Assembly: GCA_040285825.1 (NCBI GenBank)
Contig: JAUPSS010000007.1
Coordinates: 2,578,689 to 2,642,688, forward strand
Reading direction: 5' to 3'
DNA from: Eukaryota sp. TZLM1-RC
Lineage: Eukaryota; Protista; Metamonada: BaSk clade
Length of the DNA stretch: 64,000 bases
Shown: positions 34,780 to 46,859 of the stretch, in pieces
Position numbering within the stretch: the stretch's first letter is position 1
Layout: each line of letters begins with the position of its first letter
Notes under the pieces: generated by a model
Databases searched by the model: none
What the model saw: only the letters and a program-made list of their open reading frames with translations
Told to the model about the DNA's origin: nothing
Position numbers and translations under genes: made by a program

Positions 34780-36342
34780 ATGGTTGACCTTAGGTTCGTC
34801 CTCTCATTAGCTTTCATCGTGTTTTTCTCTGTCCTGTCTTCTGGTCGCTTTAGTTCTGGTATTGGTTTCCTTTGTCTTCATTTTTGTCTTTCGTATTGTT
34901 CTCGGTTTTCCCAACAGATAAAATGGTATCACCTATATATTTCATTATCTATATCAATAGGCTACTTTATATGTTTTTGGGACTTTCTCGATTTGCCTTT
35001 CATTCTCTATTGTGCTGCGATCGTTCTTATTACTGTGTTTCTTTACACAACACCCCACCTACTGGCTACCTTATTTGTGCACAAAGTCCGATATTCCTTC
35101 TCATTCCCTTTCTTTTTCACTTTGTTCTCTTGTGCTTTCAGATTTCTTTCTCCTTGGGGTACTCAGGGTGTTCCCGTTCTTTCTCTTGCTGACTCATTTC
35201 TTTCTCCAACTGCGACTTTGTTCGGTTTAGACGGATTGACCTTCATTTCCATCATCATTCCAGCATCACTTCCTTATTTGCTTTTCCCTGTAGAGAATGC
35301 ATATGGGGAAAAAGAAGATTTTGCTTTGAAGTATTTCTTAATTTCCATTTCTGTAGTTTTGATTGTGTTGACAAATTCTATAGATGCAGCTACTTTTACC
35401 ACATTTGATCCCATTGTCTCTGTTTCTGGTGTCGTTCTTCCCAGAATCAGATACCCTACATATGGCGAAGATGACGACGGCAGACTGTTATATGAAAGGA
35501 ATGCAATTGATTGGGCGTTTGAAGTAAGCACAACAGTGACTAAGCAATCAAAATTGATTGTCTGGGCTGAGTCTATGCTGAATGTTTCAGAATACTCTAA
35601 TGGGGATTCCACAAAATCAGAGTTGTTAGTCAAGGCTTCACAATTCAGTAAACACCACTCAGTATACCTTGTCACTGCGTATAACTGCCAGTACGCTAAT
35701 GGAACTATTCTTAACGAATTGACCATGTTTGATCCCAGTGGTGATGCTATCGGTGCCTATACTAAGAGGAATACCGTTTTTATGGTAGAAAATGACATCA
35801 CCCCAGCAGATTGGCAAACAGAACCCTTGATTGTTGATACTGAGTTTGGCAAGGTTGGTCTCGCCATCTGCCATGATTTTGACTTTCCGGAGTTTGTCAG
35901 GTCCCTCTCCTCGGCTGATCTTCTTATCTCCCCTTCCTGGGATGCTAAAACTTGGGTGAGAAACACCTTTGGGACCGCTCTTCGCAGTGTTGAGCTCGGG
36001 GTTCCTTTTATGAGGCTCACTCATGGCGGTTGGACTGGAATTACAAACAAACTAGGAAGACACGTTTTTGGAGTTTCGCATTGGTCTAAAGAATCAAATT
36101 TGATTGACGATTGTCCTGAGTGGGCAATTGATTGTTCAACGGCAGGGGAGTTGACGTTTACCACCCCAGTGCCGATTGGGAGAAGATTTACTTTGCATGG
36201 TTTTATTGATGGCAAGTTTCTCTTGTTTCCTGTTTTAGTCTTTGTTTTTCTTGGTCTTTATGTTAGCCCATTACTAAAAAAGAGGGGCTTTGAATTTAAT
36301 TTTCCTCTTTATGGAGTCAAGACTTCTGCGGATAGAGTATAG
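34780..36342 (+). CDS. Apolipoprotein N-acyltransferase (Lnt)-like membrane nitrilase-superfamily protein
   Basis: N-terminal TM bundle plus CN-hydrolase triad: VWAES (E), YTKR (K), LAICHD (C); C-terminal TM. Confidence 0.8.
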   Translation: MVDLRFVLSLAFIVFFSVLSSGRFSSGIGFLCLHFCLSYCSRFSQQIKWYHLYISLSISIGYFICFWDFLDLPFILYCAAIVLITVFLYTTPHLLATLFVHKVRYSFSFPFFFTLFSCAFRFLSPWGTQGVPVLSLADSFLSPTATLFGLDGLTFISIIIPASLPYLLFPVENAYGEKEDFALKYFLISISVVLIVLTNSIDAATFTTFDPIVSVSGVVLPRIRYPTYGEDDDGRLLYERNAIDWAFEVSTTVTKQSKLIVWAESMLNVSEYSNGDSTKSELLVKASQFSKHHSVYLVTAYNCQYANGTILNELTMFDPSGDAIGAYTKRNTVFMVENDITPADWQTEPLIVDTEFGKVGLAICHDFDFPEFVRSLSSADLLISPSWDAKTWVRNTFGTALRSVELGVPFMRLTHGGWTGITNKLGRHVFGVSHWSKESNLIDDCPEWAIDCSTAGELTFTTPVPIGRRFTLHGFIDGKFLLFPVLVFVFLGLYVSPLLKKRGFEFNFPLYGVKTSADRV

Positions 36343-36864
36343 TTGTGAATAAATTTTCCATTTGACCTATGTAATACCCATACCTACTTACTTTTTCCTT
36401 GCTTTCCATATACTGTGAGTTTCCTTAATTGTAACCTGGTTTTTGCTTTTTAGTTGAACATATTATGCACTATACTGTGTATTTTATTAAAAGGTCTGCA
36501 ACTAATATTAACCAACTTGATCATCCAGTATCTTTTGTGATAGGGTCTGTACATTGACATATCTGACCTATTTGATCATTATAGAATTAATCACTGTGAC
36601 CAGAACAGACAAATCCTATGCTACACGACTGAAGTAAACAAATCGAATTGCTTTGTCCAGCCCAGATGAAAAGAACAACTTTTTTCCGAAATGATTGTAT
36701 CATTCATGTTACACTTCATGTACGTTCAATTATACAACCTCAAAAGATTCAGATTGTTAAAGGACAAAGTACATAAAATATTGACTCAACAATCAAATGT
36801 GGGAATATTGATTAAAACTTTTGCAAATATTTTACTCAATGTCGGTAATAGTTCTCCCTCTTGT

Positions 36865-39562
36865 TTAATCGATCAAGTGCTTGGATCGCTGGCAATCGGG
36901 GTCAGGACATTCATTTATAGAGTGGCCTGGAACACCACAGAATCTACAAAGACCAGCTTTATCTCTTTCTTTCTTAATTTGAGACTTGCTCCTTTTGCTA
37001 AGTTGAGCAGGGGCGACGCTGGAACCCGCAGGCTGAAATTTGCCTATTCGTTTCTTGTCCTTTGGGTTTGCTTTAACATAGTGACCCATATGTTGTTGAT
37101 AGCTATCACTGATGTTAGCCCTTTGCTCGTCGAAGGATCTGGCTGAACACCAATTCATGTATTCAGCAGCCAGGATGTCAACAAATTGTTGTAGTGTATG
37201 GTGTTGCCAAACATTGGGTGTGGACCATACAGTTTTCTATCAAACATAGTCGAAAACCTGCCTTGGGCTCTCAGAGCGGCCATGCACTCTGGAATAACAC
37301 AGGAGGCAATCCTACGAGGGTCGACCTGAGCAGCAGCTCTGAATCGGTCCCACTCGTGGAGGGGGTTACCATATCTCTGATCGAGAGGGAGGTTCCGGTT
37401 TTCCCTGCTAATGGATTGAGGAGTGGCTGGACAACGACAACGTTCCTCAAGTTGCCTTCTTAGTTCAGACACTTCTCTTGCTAGTCTAGATATCTCTCTC
37501 TTCAATGGTACTCTTAGTCCTAGCATACAGAATAAATCTGTCGATTAATTTCAAGATCCTTACCAGGTCAGAGATATCGTTAGCTTCCAGGGTGGGTTTT
37601 CTAGGACGACCACCTCTTTGTCTATCTCTGTCTCTATCCTGTGAACTCGCCATAGCTTCCATCAGTAGAGTGTTAGAATACTGAGGAGCTATAGGAGTGT
37701 TAAATGGAGTTGCTTCTAGGAGCCTAGGGTCCTGAGGAACCTGGGAAGGAGTAGATGGACCTTGTGATTGGACAACTACAGGTTGTTGCACCGTCTCAGG
37801 GGTGTCTGTACTCGCCATCGGTTCATCTTGTTGATCATCTTGAGGCTCAACGCTCAAAGATGAGAAAACAGTGTCTGTATCCACTGGGTCAGGATCAGAG
37901 GTTTTTAATTCTACTGGATCATGACTGCTCGGATAGTAACTTTCCACACTACCATCGATGTTAACCCATAGAAGAGAACTTGAATTGGTGACACCAATGT
38001 TCTCCTGTACATTCATAAGGGCATCCCTGAGAGGCCTATTCCTTCTGTGCTCTGGACCGAAATATGACGCGCAATGATCTGGTCTACGATCTTGAAGGTA
38101 CAATCTCTGATAATTCGTAGTGTAGGTATACCGCCATCCAGTCCTGAAGTCTCTGTTGATATAAATATCCAGAGAAGCATTGTATCCAGGGCTAAACTTG
38201 GGAAAAGGACATGGATTGCACCGGTTGAGGAAGAGATTCAGCTCATCACCAGCGAAGATCCTCTGTACACCTTCACGAGGAGTCCTGAACCCTCCAACAG
38301 TCTCCCGTTGAGGATAATGAGGAGGAGGGTCACAACGAACCGTGAGATTGTCTACTTCCTCCGTTGGGAAGTAGGGGCCCATTCTTCTGCGGATCCTGAT
38401 GGCGTGATCATGAACTACTTCTGGACCCCAAAATGGGGGTAAAGCAGCAATGAGTTCATTGGGAGGAATCGATGCAGGATCTCCTAGCATCAACTCAATA
38501 CCAGCATTAAGAACTAAGTTTTGAGCTTCAGTTCTCTACTGTGTAGAGATAAAGGGAGAGTCTGATTCCTGAGACTGACTTGGGGCTTGATAGGTGTTAG
38601 GCTGTGCAGCGCTAAGCACCTGCCAAGCAGCAGGAACAGAAGAAACAACGTGACCTTGCTGAGGAGTCTGGCCAGAGGTGGAGGGATATGAATTACTCCT
38701 CTAGTAGGAACTTCCGAAGAAGGAACAGATGGAGTTGAATGAACTTTTGAAGGAGCAACCGTAGTAGGAACAGAAGTATCAGGAAGACTTGCTACAGAAA
38801 CTTCTTGAGAAGGAGTAGTAGGATTAGGTTACCAGCAGGGACTGCAGGAGGAGCTGGTTGTTGCGGTGGGCTGCTTTCCATTGGAACTTCCGTAGAAGGA
38901 GTGGAAGGAGCTTGTTGTCCTTCCTCAGGAACTTCCGTAGAAGGAGTGGAAGGGACGACAGGAGCGCAAACTATAGGTGAAGAGGGAGACTCTATCATCT
39001 TGAGCTTCAACAGCTCAGATATCTTGATGGTGGCCGAGTCAGGGTCAGTCTGGTTGATGATATACTTCAGGTATTCATCTAAAGTACTGAACTGTTCAGG
39101 ACCTAAAAGGGAATCTTCAATCTCTCCTTCAGAACCAGGGGGACGAGCAAGAGGTACAAAGTTTTCCACATTAGAGGGAGGAACAGGAAGACTGATAGAA
39201 ACCACAGGAACATCCGTGGATGGAGTGAAACCTTGACCCGGAGGGTGAGAGGAAGTATCACTTCTCTCGCCACCAGAGGGTAGTTCTGTTCCCAACTGAG
39301 GAATTTGGGAGGAAGAACTGGGTGCATTGGGTTGCGTGACAGAATCTCCGGCAGGAGGCGTCAACGCAGGAGGAGGAGAAGCATTGCTTCCCTCGGACCC
39401 AGTTGCCAAGGGTTGTTCTGGTCCCGACTGAGGAGTTCGGGAGGAAAAACTCGAATGGTGAGACGTAGGAGGATCAGTCCTACCAGTCTCGGAGGTGTCA
39501 TTGGAACCACTCAAAGGTGATCCAATACGTATTGATGATCTGCGGGTGTTATGACGGGACAT
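36865..39562 (-). pseudogene. Decayed Gag-like ORF of a retroelement
   Basis: Consecutive frameshifted ORFs, long P/S/T-rich N-terminus with PSTPSTEVP repeats, terminal CCHC knuckle CRFCGVPGHSINEC; no pol follows. Confidence 0.6.
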
Positions 39563-40320
39563 GACCTATATGAAAAGTAGAGTAATTTATTACAAGGGAA
39601 AAAAGATTTCCCTTAACTTAAGCGCGTGGGCGCAATGGTACAATATACTATAGATAAACTATAAGTAAACTATTATAAATATTATCCAAGGCTAACACTG
39701 ACTCAATATGAATACCCTTAAGTGACACCATCAAATGTCAAAACACAATTTACACTCATATCATTGCATTTTGATAAACTTTGGTGTCTGGTAAAAAACT
39801 CAGTGATGAGGATGAAATAATTGTTTTTTTTCTGCAAGAGATCTTTCCAACTCTTACTGTCACTCTACAAGAAAGATTGTTGTAAATTCTGTTTCTCCAC
39901 AATGGAAGTGAGTCTCAATTCCAATCAATTTGATTTTTTTGAGATTCCAAATGAGTTTCTCAATCAACAAAGATAAAAAACAGAGAATGTTGTTGAGAAC
40001 ACAAACAATTAAGGTGATAATGTTTTGAATTCATCCCTGAGAAATCATAGTACAATTTTCTCAGTGGGAAACATGTAAATGGACAATAACGGAAAAGTAA
40101 GGGTACTGTTTTAGCACGAAATTCATAAATCATCGTTACAGAACAACAAAATATTTATTCCTTACAAAAAGAAAAAGACGACTGAAAAATAATGCTGGTC
40201 TCGTTCTAATTCGTTTTCTAATATGAAATCAAAACCAAGTTTCCAAATTGTATCAAAAACTGAAAAAAACTGAATCACCCCTTTTCTTTTCTGCTGTTAA
40301 ATCACCATTACCACCAGGTC

Positions 40321-40723
40321 CTATGTCAGCGTAAATGTAAAGAGATTTGAATAATCATGATGGTCCATGAATAAGTAGTGGTCTCCGTTTGGAACAGAAA
40401 GAATTGTATAAACGCCATTGTTACTTGTGAATGATGAAAACTCGCCCTCCTTACCCACCAACCTTATTGTGCTATTGACTATTGGTGACGATGTGTTGCT
40501 GTCTCGGATCTTACCAGATACGGTGAATTTTTGTATGGGTTCGGTGAACATCCAAAGGAGAGACCGGTGAAAAGAGGATCGTCGAAGTGGAAGGTTTCCT
40601 CCACACCAGCAACATCATACACAATTTTACCAGCATCAGAATGAAGAATAACTCTAACAACATGACCACATTGAAGGGATCTGCGATGGATATACCTAGA
40701 AAAGGAGTGGTTCTCGGATTCAA
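40321..40723 (-). pseudogene. Fragmentary surface-protein ORFs (carboxypeptidase-regulatory-like beta sandwich)
   Basis: TVSGKIRDSNTSSPIVNSTIRL...TSNNGVYTI..VP.G pattern; broken frames. Confidence 0.4.
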
Positions 40724-40881
40724 GCTTCCAATGCTTTACTTGGATGTAGTTGACAACAGTATCACAGACAAACTGAGCATTGGGGTCGACAGCTGCAGGC
40801 AGGTGTGGAATTGAGACACATGATTGTCGATCGAAACTTGAATTTGCTCAATATTCTTGTTGAATTTCATCAATTCATTTG

Positions 40882-41280
40882 ATGATGAACAACACTCAGA
40901 ATGTCATGTATGGCCAGCAGCTACCCAATACTACTCAGTCAAATGATGTTGTCTGGGAAGGCAGACCTAACGTGTGCTTTCTCAGTGTATGTTCAACTTT
41001 GATTTCCTCATTGTAGGATTACACTTCTTGTCGGTACAAGTTGACAAAAAACTGGCTCTATGTGAGTCGACGTTGGCCTTATAGCAAACGTCATCAAAGA
41101 TCAATCAAAGTTTCGGATATTAACTGTGTTGAAATCCAACCAGTAATGTGTTGCACAACAGCCGATGTGGTAGTGTGTTATCAATCTCACACCTATGTGC
41201 TGCATTCATTGGATAATGCAGGTGAAGTGGCACAGCTTCTAGAAGAACTTAGTTCCGTTGCCCGTGTCACACTTTGCTAA
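40882..41280 (+). CDS. Small bacterial-type PH (bPH_2-like) domain protein, 2 exons; intron 40987..41016
   Basis: Spliced product VVWEGRP...YKLT...IKVSDI..VEI...L..LDNA.EV; the intron ends in an in-frame TAG. Confidence 0.6.
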
Positions 41281-42153
41281 CAATTAAACACCTAATACGA
41301 ATCACCAAGTCATCCCCATAATTGAAAAGGATGTTGTTTGTGTATTTATAAAATTATGTAAATTTTAGAATCAAAGACCACTTTCACTTCATCATTACTT
41401 GAGTTTTTCGACGTATGGTGAATTGACCAGTGTTTTAACAAATTTGCAGAAATTGACAATTTTGCTGGAAGAACAATTCTTCTCACAATATTCTGCTTGT
41501 GTTTCTGAGTAACACATCAAAAGTTAGTCACTAAACCTTCTTTATTTGCTTTTGATACAAGTACTGAGGTCTACTGATGTACAGTCGTGTTCCCCAACAA
41601 TAAAAATTTCTTTGTGTAAGGGTTTCCTCTTGATTTGAGATCTTCAGACGACCTTCTGCTGTTTTTCATATTCGACAGAGAACGATGTGGATACACAGCT
41701 AGTAACCACAGTGACAACGGCTGTGCTTTTAGGACTTAAGTACACGTTGGTGATCAACAATAGACCTCCCAATAGTTATCCCAGAGTTGAGTGGTTGTAT
41801 GGTTGTATTATGATAGTCTTAATTAACTTATAATCCTCATATAATATGTAGTTTCAATATTCTCAACTTAGACATCCCATCCCACATATTATAAAAAGTT
41901 CTGAAAATGAGAACTTTTTAAGGGTGAAATCAATGCTAATGAATGGCTTCAATACTATAACTCAAATTTAATAGAATTGAATTACAAACACCTGAATCCC
42001 TTAATTGCTGGTCGATTTGTTGTTGATACTTGTAGTATTTACACAAATTATTGCCAACCACGCAAAATATTATTGAAATACAAAACTTAATAAAATAATA
42101 ATTGAATGGCTCAAGAATTCTGATCTGCTTGCCCTTTACGACCATCTTAACCT

Positions 42154-43197
42154 ATGGTACAAGATACTCGAGATTATGTACTTTGTGGAGAACATGATGT
42201 CAGCTATGCCTCAACATATGCTGCATCTGATGCATGGGGAGCCCTTTCAGCTTCTTCCTATCTTGACCTTAAGCGTTTCAAGGACAACTTACATATTGAA
42301 ATTGTATCTGACACCCCAGAGTGTCTTCAGTTTGACTTAATTGGTGTTGATGTCTCATTTGCCAATGCACTCCGTCGGATTCTTCTGTCTGAAGTACCCA
42401 CCATTGCCATAGAAAATGTCATTATCCACAACAACACATCTGTCATCCCAGACGAAGTTTTAGCTCATCGTTTGGGACTTTTACCAATAGCATGTGACCC
42501 AGAACTTTTAGAAGACGCGGACCCTGAACTTGCACCTTCCTACAACGACAAACAAGCCCTGAAGTATGTGCTTGACGTCAAGTGTAGCCGTAACCCAGAT
42601 GTACAGGAGGAAGACGCCCAAGATCCTTCTGCCGCTTATATCAATGGTAAAGTCTTTTCTTCTGCTATCCAATGGGAATCTATTGGTAATCAGCTAGAAA
42701 CCCTTACAGTTGCTCCAAGACTTGTCCACGATGATATTCTTATTGCCAAAATGCGACCTGGTCAAGAAATTAAGGTGGAATTATATGCAATTAAAGGAAT
42801 AGGTGCCACGCACGCCAAGTGGTCACCGTCTTCCACATCATTTTATTCACTAATGCCTGCACCTCGTATTAAGAGAGTAGTTGATGGTGATGAGGCCGCT
42901 GCAGTTAAGAAAGCTTGTCCTTTGGGTGTTTTCGACATTGAAGATGGACAGCTGGCTGTAGTTAATCCCAGGGTGTGTACTACATGCAGGGAGTGCATTA
43001 GAGAGCAACCAGGAATTTCACAACCTAGTCCCATAGAAATTAGGAAGATAAGGGACCATTTTATGTTTTCAGTTGAAAGTACCGGTTGCATTCCACCAAG
43101 GACAATGGTGGAAAGGGCATTGAAGGTATTAATGACGAAGTGTGATCTTTTGTTAAAATGTTTGGAGAGTTCAGCTCAAGCAGCTGGAGCGAGTTAG
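42154..43197 (+). CDS. RPC40: RNA polymerase I/III subunit AC40 (RPAC1/RPC40)
   Basis: FDLIGVD.SFANALRRIL..EVPT.AIE, DEVLAHRLGL, AKMRPGQE, HAKWSP, Fe-S cysteines CP..CTTCREC. Confidence 0.95.
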   Translation: MVQDTRDYVLCGEHDVSYASTYAASDAWGALSASSYLDLKRFKDNLHIEIVSDTPECLQFDLIGVDVSFANALRRILLSEVPTIAIENVIIHNNTSVIPDEVLAHRLGLLPIACDPELLEDADPELAPSYNDKQALKYVLDVKCSRNPDVQEEDAQDPSAAYINGKVFSSAIQWESIGNQLETLTVAPRLVHDDILIAKMRPGQEIKVELYAIKGIGATHAKWSPSSTSFYSLMPAPRIKRVVDGDEAAAVKKACPLGVFDIEDGQLAVVNPRVCTTCRECIREQPGISQPSPIEIRKIRDHFMFSVESTGCIPPRTMVERALKVLMTKCDLLLKCLESSAQAAGAS

Positions 43198-43799
43198 TTT
43201 TTTTTGCATTTTTAGTTAGTTTTGTTTTTGTTCATTATATCAGTAATTGTTATTTAAATGATTTTTTATTTTATTATTTTATTTTATTTTTCAATTATTA
43301 ATTTTCATTTATTATTATTTTTCTTTTACTGTGTCTGTATAATTGGATTTGTCCATAGTAAGTATAAAAAATAGAACTGACCAACTCAGACAGGCGAAGA
43401 ACTTGGATTAGAACAGAACTAAACTGGTTTTGAACATATGAAACAAGTCACGAATAGATCTTTTAATTTAATTAATTCTATTTAATTTGGAAAAACTTTC
43501 AATTGAATTTACTAAAGAAATAGTCCTTAATTTTCACTGTTCAAAAGTACTTTAAAAAATAGTTTAGTAATGTCCCAATTTTACAGATAACGTTTGAAGA
43601 AAAAATTATGAATAAAACTCCTCAAAACAATCTAGAGGTTTTAGAACAATTACGAATTAGAAGTAATTATACATTAGAAATAATTATGATCAAAATTGCG
43701 GTTTTTGATCTTATCATTATTGAAAGCATTTGATATATTATCATTTTTTCCAATTAGTTTGTTGAATAATAGTGTTGTTAAGCAACAATTTTTGTTGAA

Positions 43800-45251
43800 A
43801 TGCAATCACCATCGGCTAGTCCATCTCCCATTCATGAAAGTCCCCTGATACATCCCTATTTCAATGTTTCAGAACCAACTTTTATTGAGCCAAAGCTTCC
43901 ACCAACATGTGAAATCAATCACTTTATCCAAGAACATCTCAAACCCTCGTCCAATGGTTTTAACCAACCCAACAACCATGAAAACCCTCTCATATCATTC
44001 CTCTTTCATCGTTTAAATGGACCTGCTGAATACGAGACCTCTAGACCACTAGCTTCACTCTCTGATTTCATAGATAAACTCTACAACATCACTTCCATCA
44101 TCAAACACAAGCATGGTGTGGGCATCTCTTTATTTGCCAAATCTGCTGGCTTTGGGAGAAAGGAAGTCGTTGCGGAAGTTGCGAGAAGACTTCAAACTGA
44201 TTTCACTGCCATGAACCAAGCCAAATCCTTTAGATTTCTGTATATTGATGGCACGCAGAACAACACTTATTCCAGTGTTATTAAAGTTTTAGCTCATCAA
44301 GCAGGAATTAATTTCACAGAAGGTAAATCCGCAAAAAGATTAGAAGGTTTATTATTATCCTCAAAGATTAAGCCCACTCTTCTTTTCGTAGATAACACAG
44401 ACCAGTTAATTCAGAACGGTCAAGACAGTGTGTTATATTTACTTACCAATATTTATTCCCAAAATGACTCTGGGGCTGTTGCTGTGGTGTTTTCTACAAA
44501 TACATGGAATTTTGATTCGTTGTTAGAGGTTAGAATTAAGAGTAGAATAAGTTTCTTTTTGGCACAGCCTGTTCCATCATTTGATCAGTTTTTTGATTGT
44601 TTTTTCAGGAGAATTAGTGTTGATAATGATGATTTTACCTATTTTTTGCATGAAAGGCTTGGTTATTCCTTGGAAAAAAGGGAGGAAATTGTGGAATATT
44701 ACAGTGATGATATTAAAGATCACAATATTTCTGTTGATTTGTTGAGCAAAATAACAACATTCAGGTTAAAATTTGAGAAATTATTTAATTTTACAAATAA
44801 CCCAATGGCTATATTTAATTTATTTGGAAGCTTAATATCTCTAAAACCAAATATTAATGATTTTAATTCATTAATTGACGAATATTTCCTTAATTATTTG
44901 GATATTTTGCTTTCAAATCAACATCCAGAAGTTGTTGAAATGATTCTATTCTTAATAACTTATGCAGAATCCCAGTCAACTTCTTCTGAAATGTTTTCCT
45001 TCTCAATTCATTTATTACAAAGATTTATAAAGGAACGCAAAGATCTAGTTGATCCTCAGTGGATTTCAACTAGATTCTCCACTGTTTTTGACTTGGTGAT
45101 TAATTTGGATATAGTGAAATGTATTAATCAAAAAAAATCAAGCAAGGATTCTTTATATGTTTTGAATTATTCAACAAATATTCTTAAAAACAGTGTTTCT
45201 AAATCACAACATTATAGTGTTATTAAAGGAAAATTCCTGGGAATTGATTGA
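43800..45251 (+). CDS. Divergent Orc1/Cdc6/Orc4-family AAA+ protein
   Basis: Degenerate Walker A (SAGFGRKE), Walker B LFVDNTDQL, Q.SVLYLL, LEVRIKSR. Confidence 0.6.
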   Translation: MQSPSASPSPIHESPLIHPYFNVSEPTFIEPKLPPTCEINHFIQEHLKPSSNGFNQPNNHENPLISFLFHRLNGPAEYETSRPLASLSDFIDKLYNITSIIKHKHGVGISLFAKSAGFGRKEVVAEVARRLQTDFTAMNQAKSFRFLYIDGTQNNTYSSVIKVLAHQAGINFTEGKSAKRLEGLLLSSKIKPTLLFVDNTDQLIQNGQDSVLYLLTNIYSQNDSGAVAVVFSTNTWNFDSLLEVRIKSRISFFLAQPVPSFDQFFDCFFRRISVDNDDFTYFLHERLGYSLEKREEIVEYYSDDIKDHNISVDLLSKITTFRLKFEKLFNFTNNPMAIFNLFGSLISLKPNINDFNSLIDEYFLNYLDILLSNQHPEVVEMILFLITYAESQSTSSEMFSFSIHLLQRFIKERKDLVDPQWISTRFSTVFDLVINLDIVKCINQKKSSKDSLYVLNYSTNILKNSVSKSQHYSVIKGKFLGID

Positions 45252-45401
45252 TTGATTTGATTGATTTGATTCAACAACAGTGATTGTTAAGGTGATCAAT
45301 TCTGATAAATTATTAACATTAATAAATTAAAATTAAATATTCTCAGAAATTACAAAATAACTGAAATTTCTAAAGGAATAATTAAACCTATATCAAAAAC
45401 G

Positions 45402-45957
45402 TTAAACATGGAATAATGTTGGCTTTGTAATTTCTTGTCCTTCGCCACAAGTCATTTTCTCTCCCTTACTGCCATCGTCAACTTCTGTAGGTTCCAGCAT
45501 ACAGACGGAATCATCCCGTGGATCTAAAAGGTACGCATCTGATGGTATTGGAGGGAGAAAGGAGGGTACATAGGAGGAGGGTAAAGCTGATGGTTTAAAC
45601 GATGCTTCGATAAACTCAGAGGTTGGGTTGGGGAATTGGGGTATTTCAATGGCGAATGGTATATCATCATACATGGAGAGATGGCGTAAAAGATCGATGG
45701 GAGACAAGCCTATGTCTGTAAGAACAGTTATGATGTGTTTGGGGGTGATGGTGTCTGTTGATTCATCAGATACTTCTTTTGATGAACGAACACCTAGATC
45801 AATGATGACTGATGTGAGAAGTAGTGGTGGATACAGTACATTTGGAAAGTAAGTCTGCCAAAATCTTGACGGATGAAAACTGAATAGACTTGAGACCTCG
45901 AGCATGAGCAACTTGGAGTACGACGATACGAGCAAGAGAGGTGGCATATTGATCCAT
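45402..45957 (-). CDS. TAF8-like (BTP histone fold plus PSFLPP motif), 2 exons; intron 45809..45839
   Basis: Spliced: MDQYATSLARIVVLQVAHARGLKSIQFSSVKILADLLSKFIIDLG...PSSYVPSFLPPIP (174 aa). Confidence 0.8.
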
Positions 45958-46054
45958 TCTGACGGATATTTGAGTGTTTTGATGTGGGGAAGCTTTTTCA
46001 AAACACTAATTAAAAGAGTCCTTGAATTTACTTCATTCCATATATTCTTAGTAT

Positions 46055-46563
46055 ATTTATTGAATTTGCACACTTAATTAAATTAACTCAATACTAATGG
46101 GACGACTATCATTGAACCAAGATTTCCTCTACAAAATCTTGATCTGCTTGCTGTCTAGCTAAAGCTTCTCTTATTCGATTGAAAAACCGCGGTAATCTAT
46201 TAATAATGGCAAATTGAATCCGTGAACGCCATAAAAAAATATCAAATTTTTTCATTGTTTTTTCTTGCACCATTTTTTGGAAGTCATCCAAAGAAGTTTC
46301 TGCTTCAACTGATAATCTTCCATTTATCGAAAATGGGAAAGCAATAAAAACCAGCTGTGTATTTCTATCGACATTTGCCTCTTCAATATCTTTATCATAT
46401 TTTCTATGTTTCTCTTTTGCTTTAAACTCCGGAGCAGCCACAGGATTAAGTTTTCTTCTGTGAACCAAAGTATCATTTGCAACATTACATGAGACAAAGT
46501 CAACAATAGCTTCAGAATTATCAATCCAATCACAGTATACATCACCTCTATCATCAGAACCAA
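46055..46563 (-). mobile_element. 5'-truncated RLE retrotransposon, family B, with probable TSD
   Basis: Same 3' end as the other copies; ATATATTCTTAG (46040-51) and ATATATTCTAG (46563-73) flank it. Confidence 0.85.
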
Positions 46564-46859
46564 TATATTCTAGAATTCTGATCAAAATTCTTCAATTATT
46601 GAAATTCATTGGGGCCTTTTTCAATAGAGGTATTGTTGTTTTGAAGTTTCAATATTTGGGAATTCTGGAATTCCAAAATGAAAAAGTTGGAATTTAAAGG
46701 TATGTTCCAACACATATTCTTGCAGCTTTCTGATCTTTCTGAAACAAAATGTTGCGCATCGGTTTTGGTACATTTTTTTCCTAATTTTTAAATCGATGCA
46801 AAGTTATATCAATTGAGAATATAGTCATGGAACTTTGCATACAGACACGTTGTTTGCTA

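Noticed and set aside
39621-39642. tRNA-like 5' sequence AGCGCGTGGGCGCAATGGTA
   Set aside because: No anticodon arm, T-arm or acceptor complement follows
45958-46073. N-terminus of the 223-aa ORF in the track (MCKFNKY...)
   Set aside because: It starts within a retroelement 3' UTR; the true exon 1 is in another frame (ATG 45957) and gives a proper histone fold
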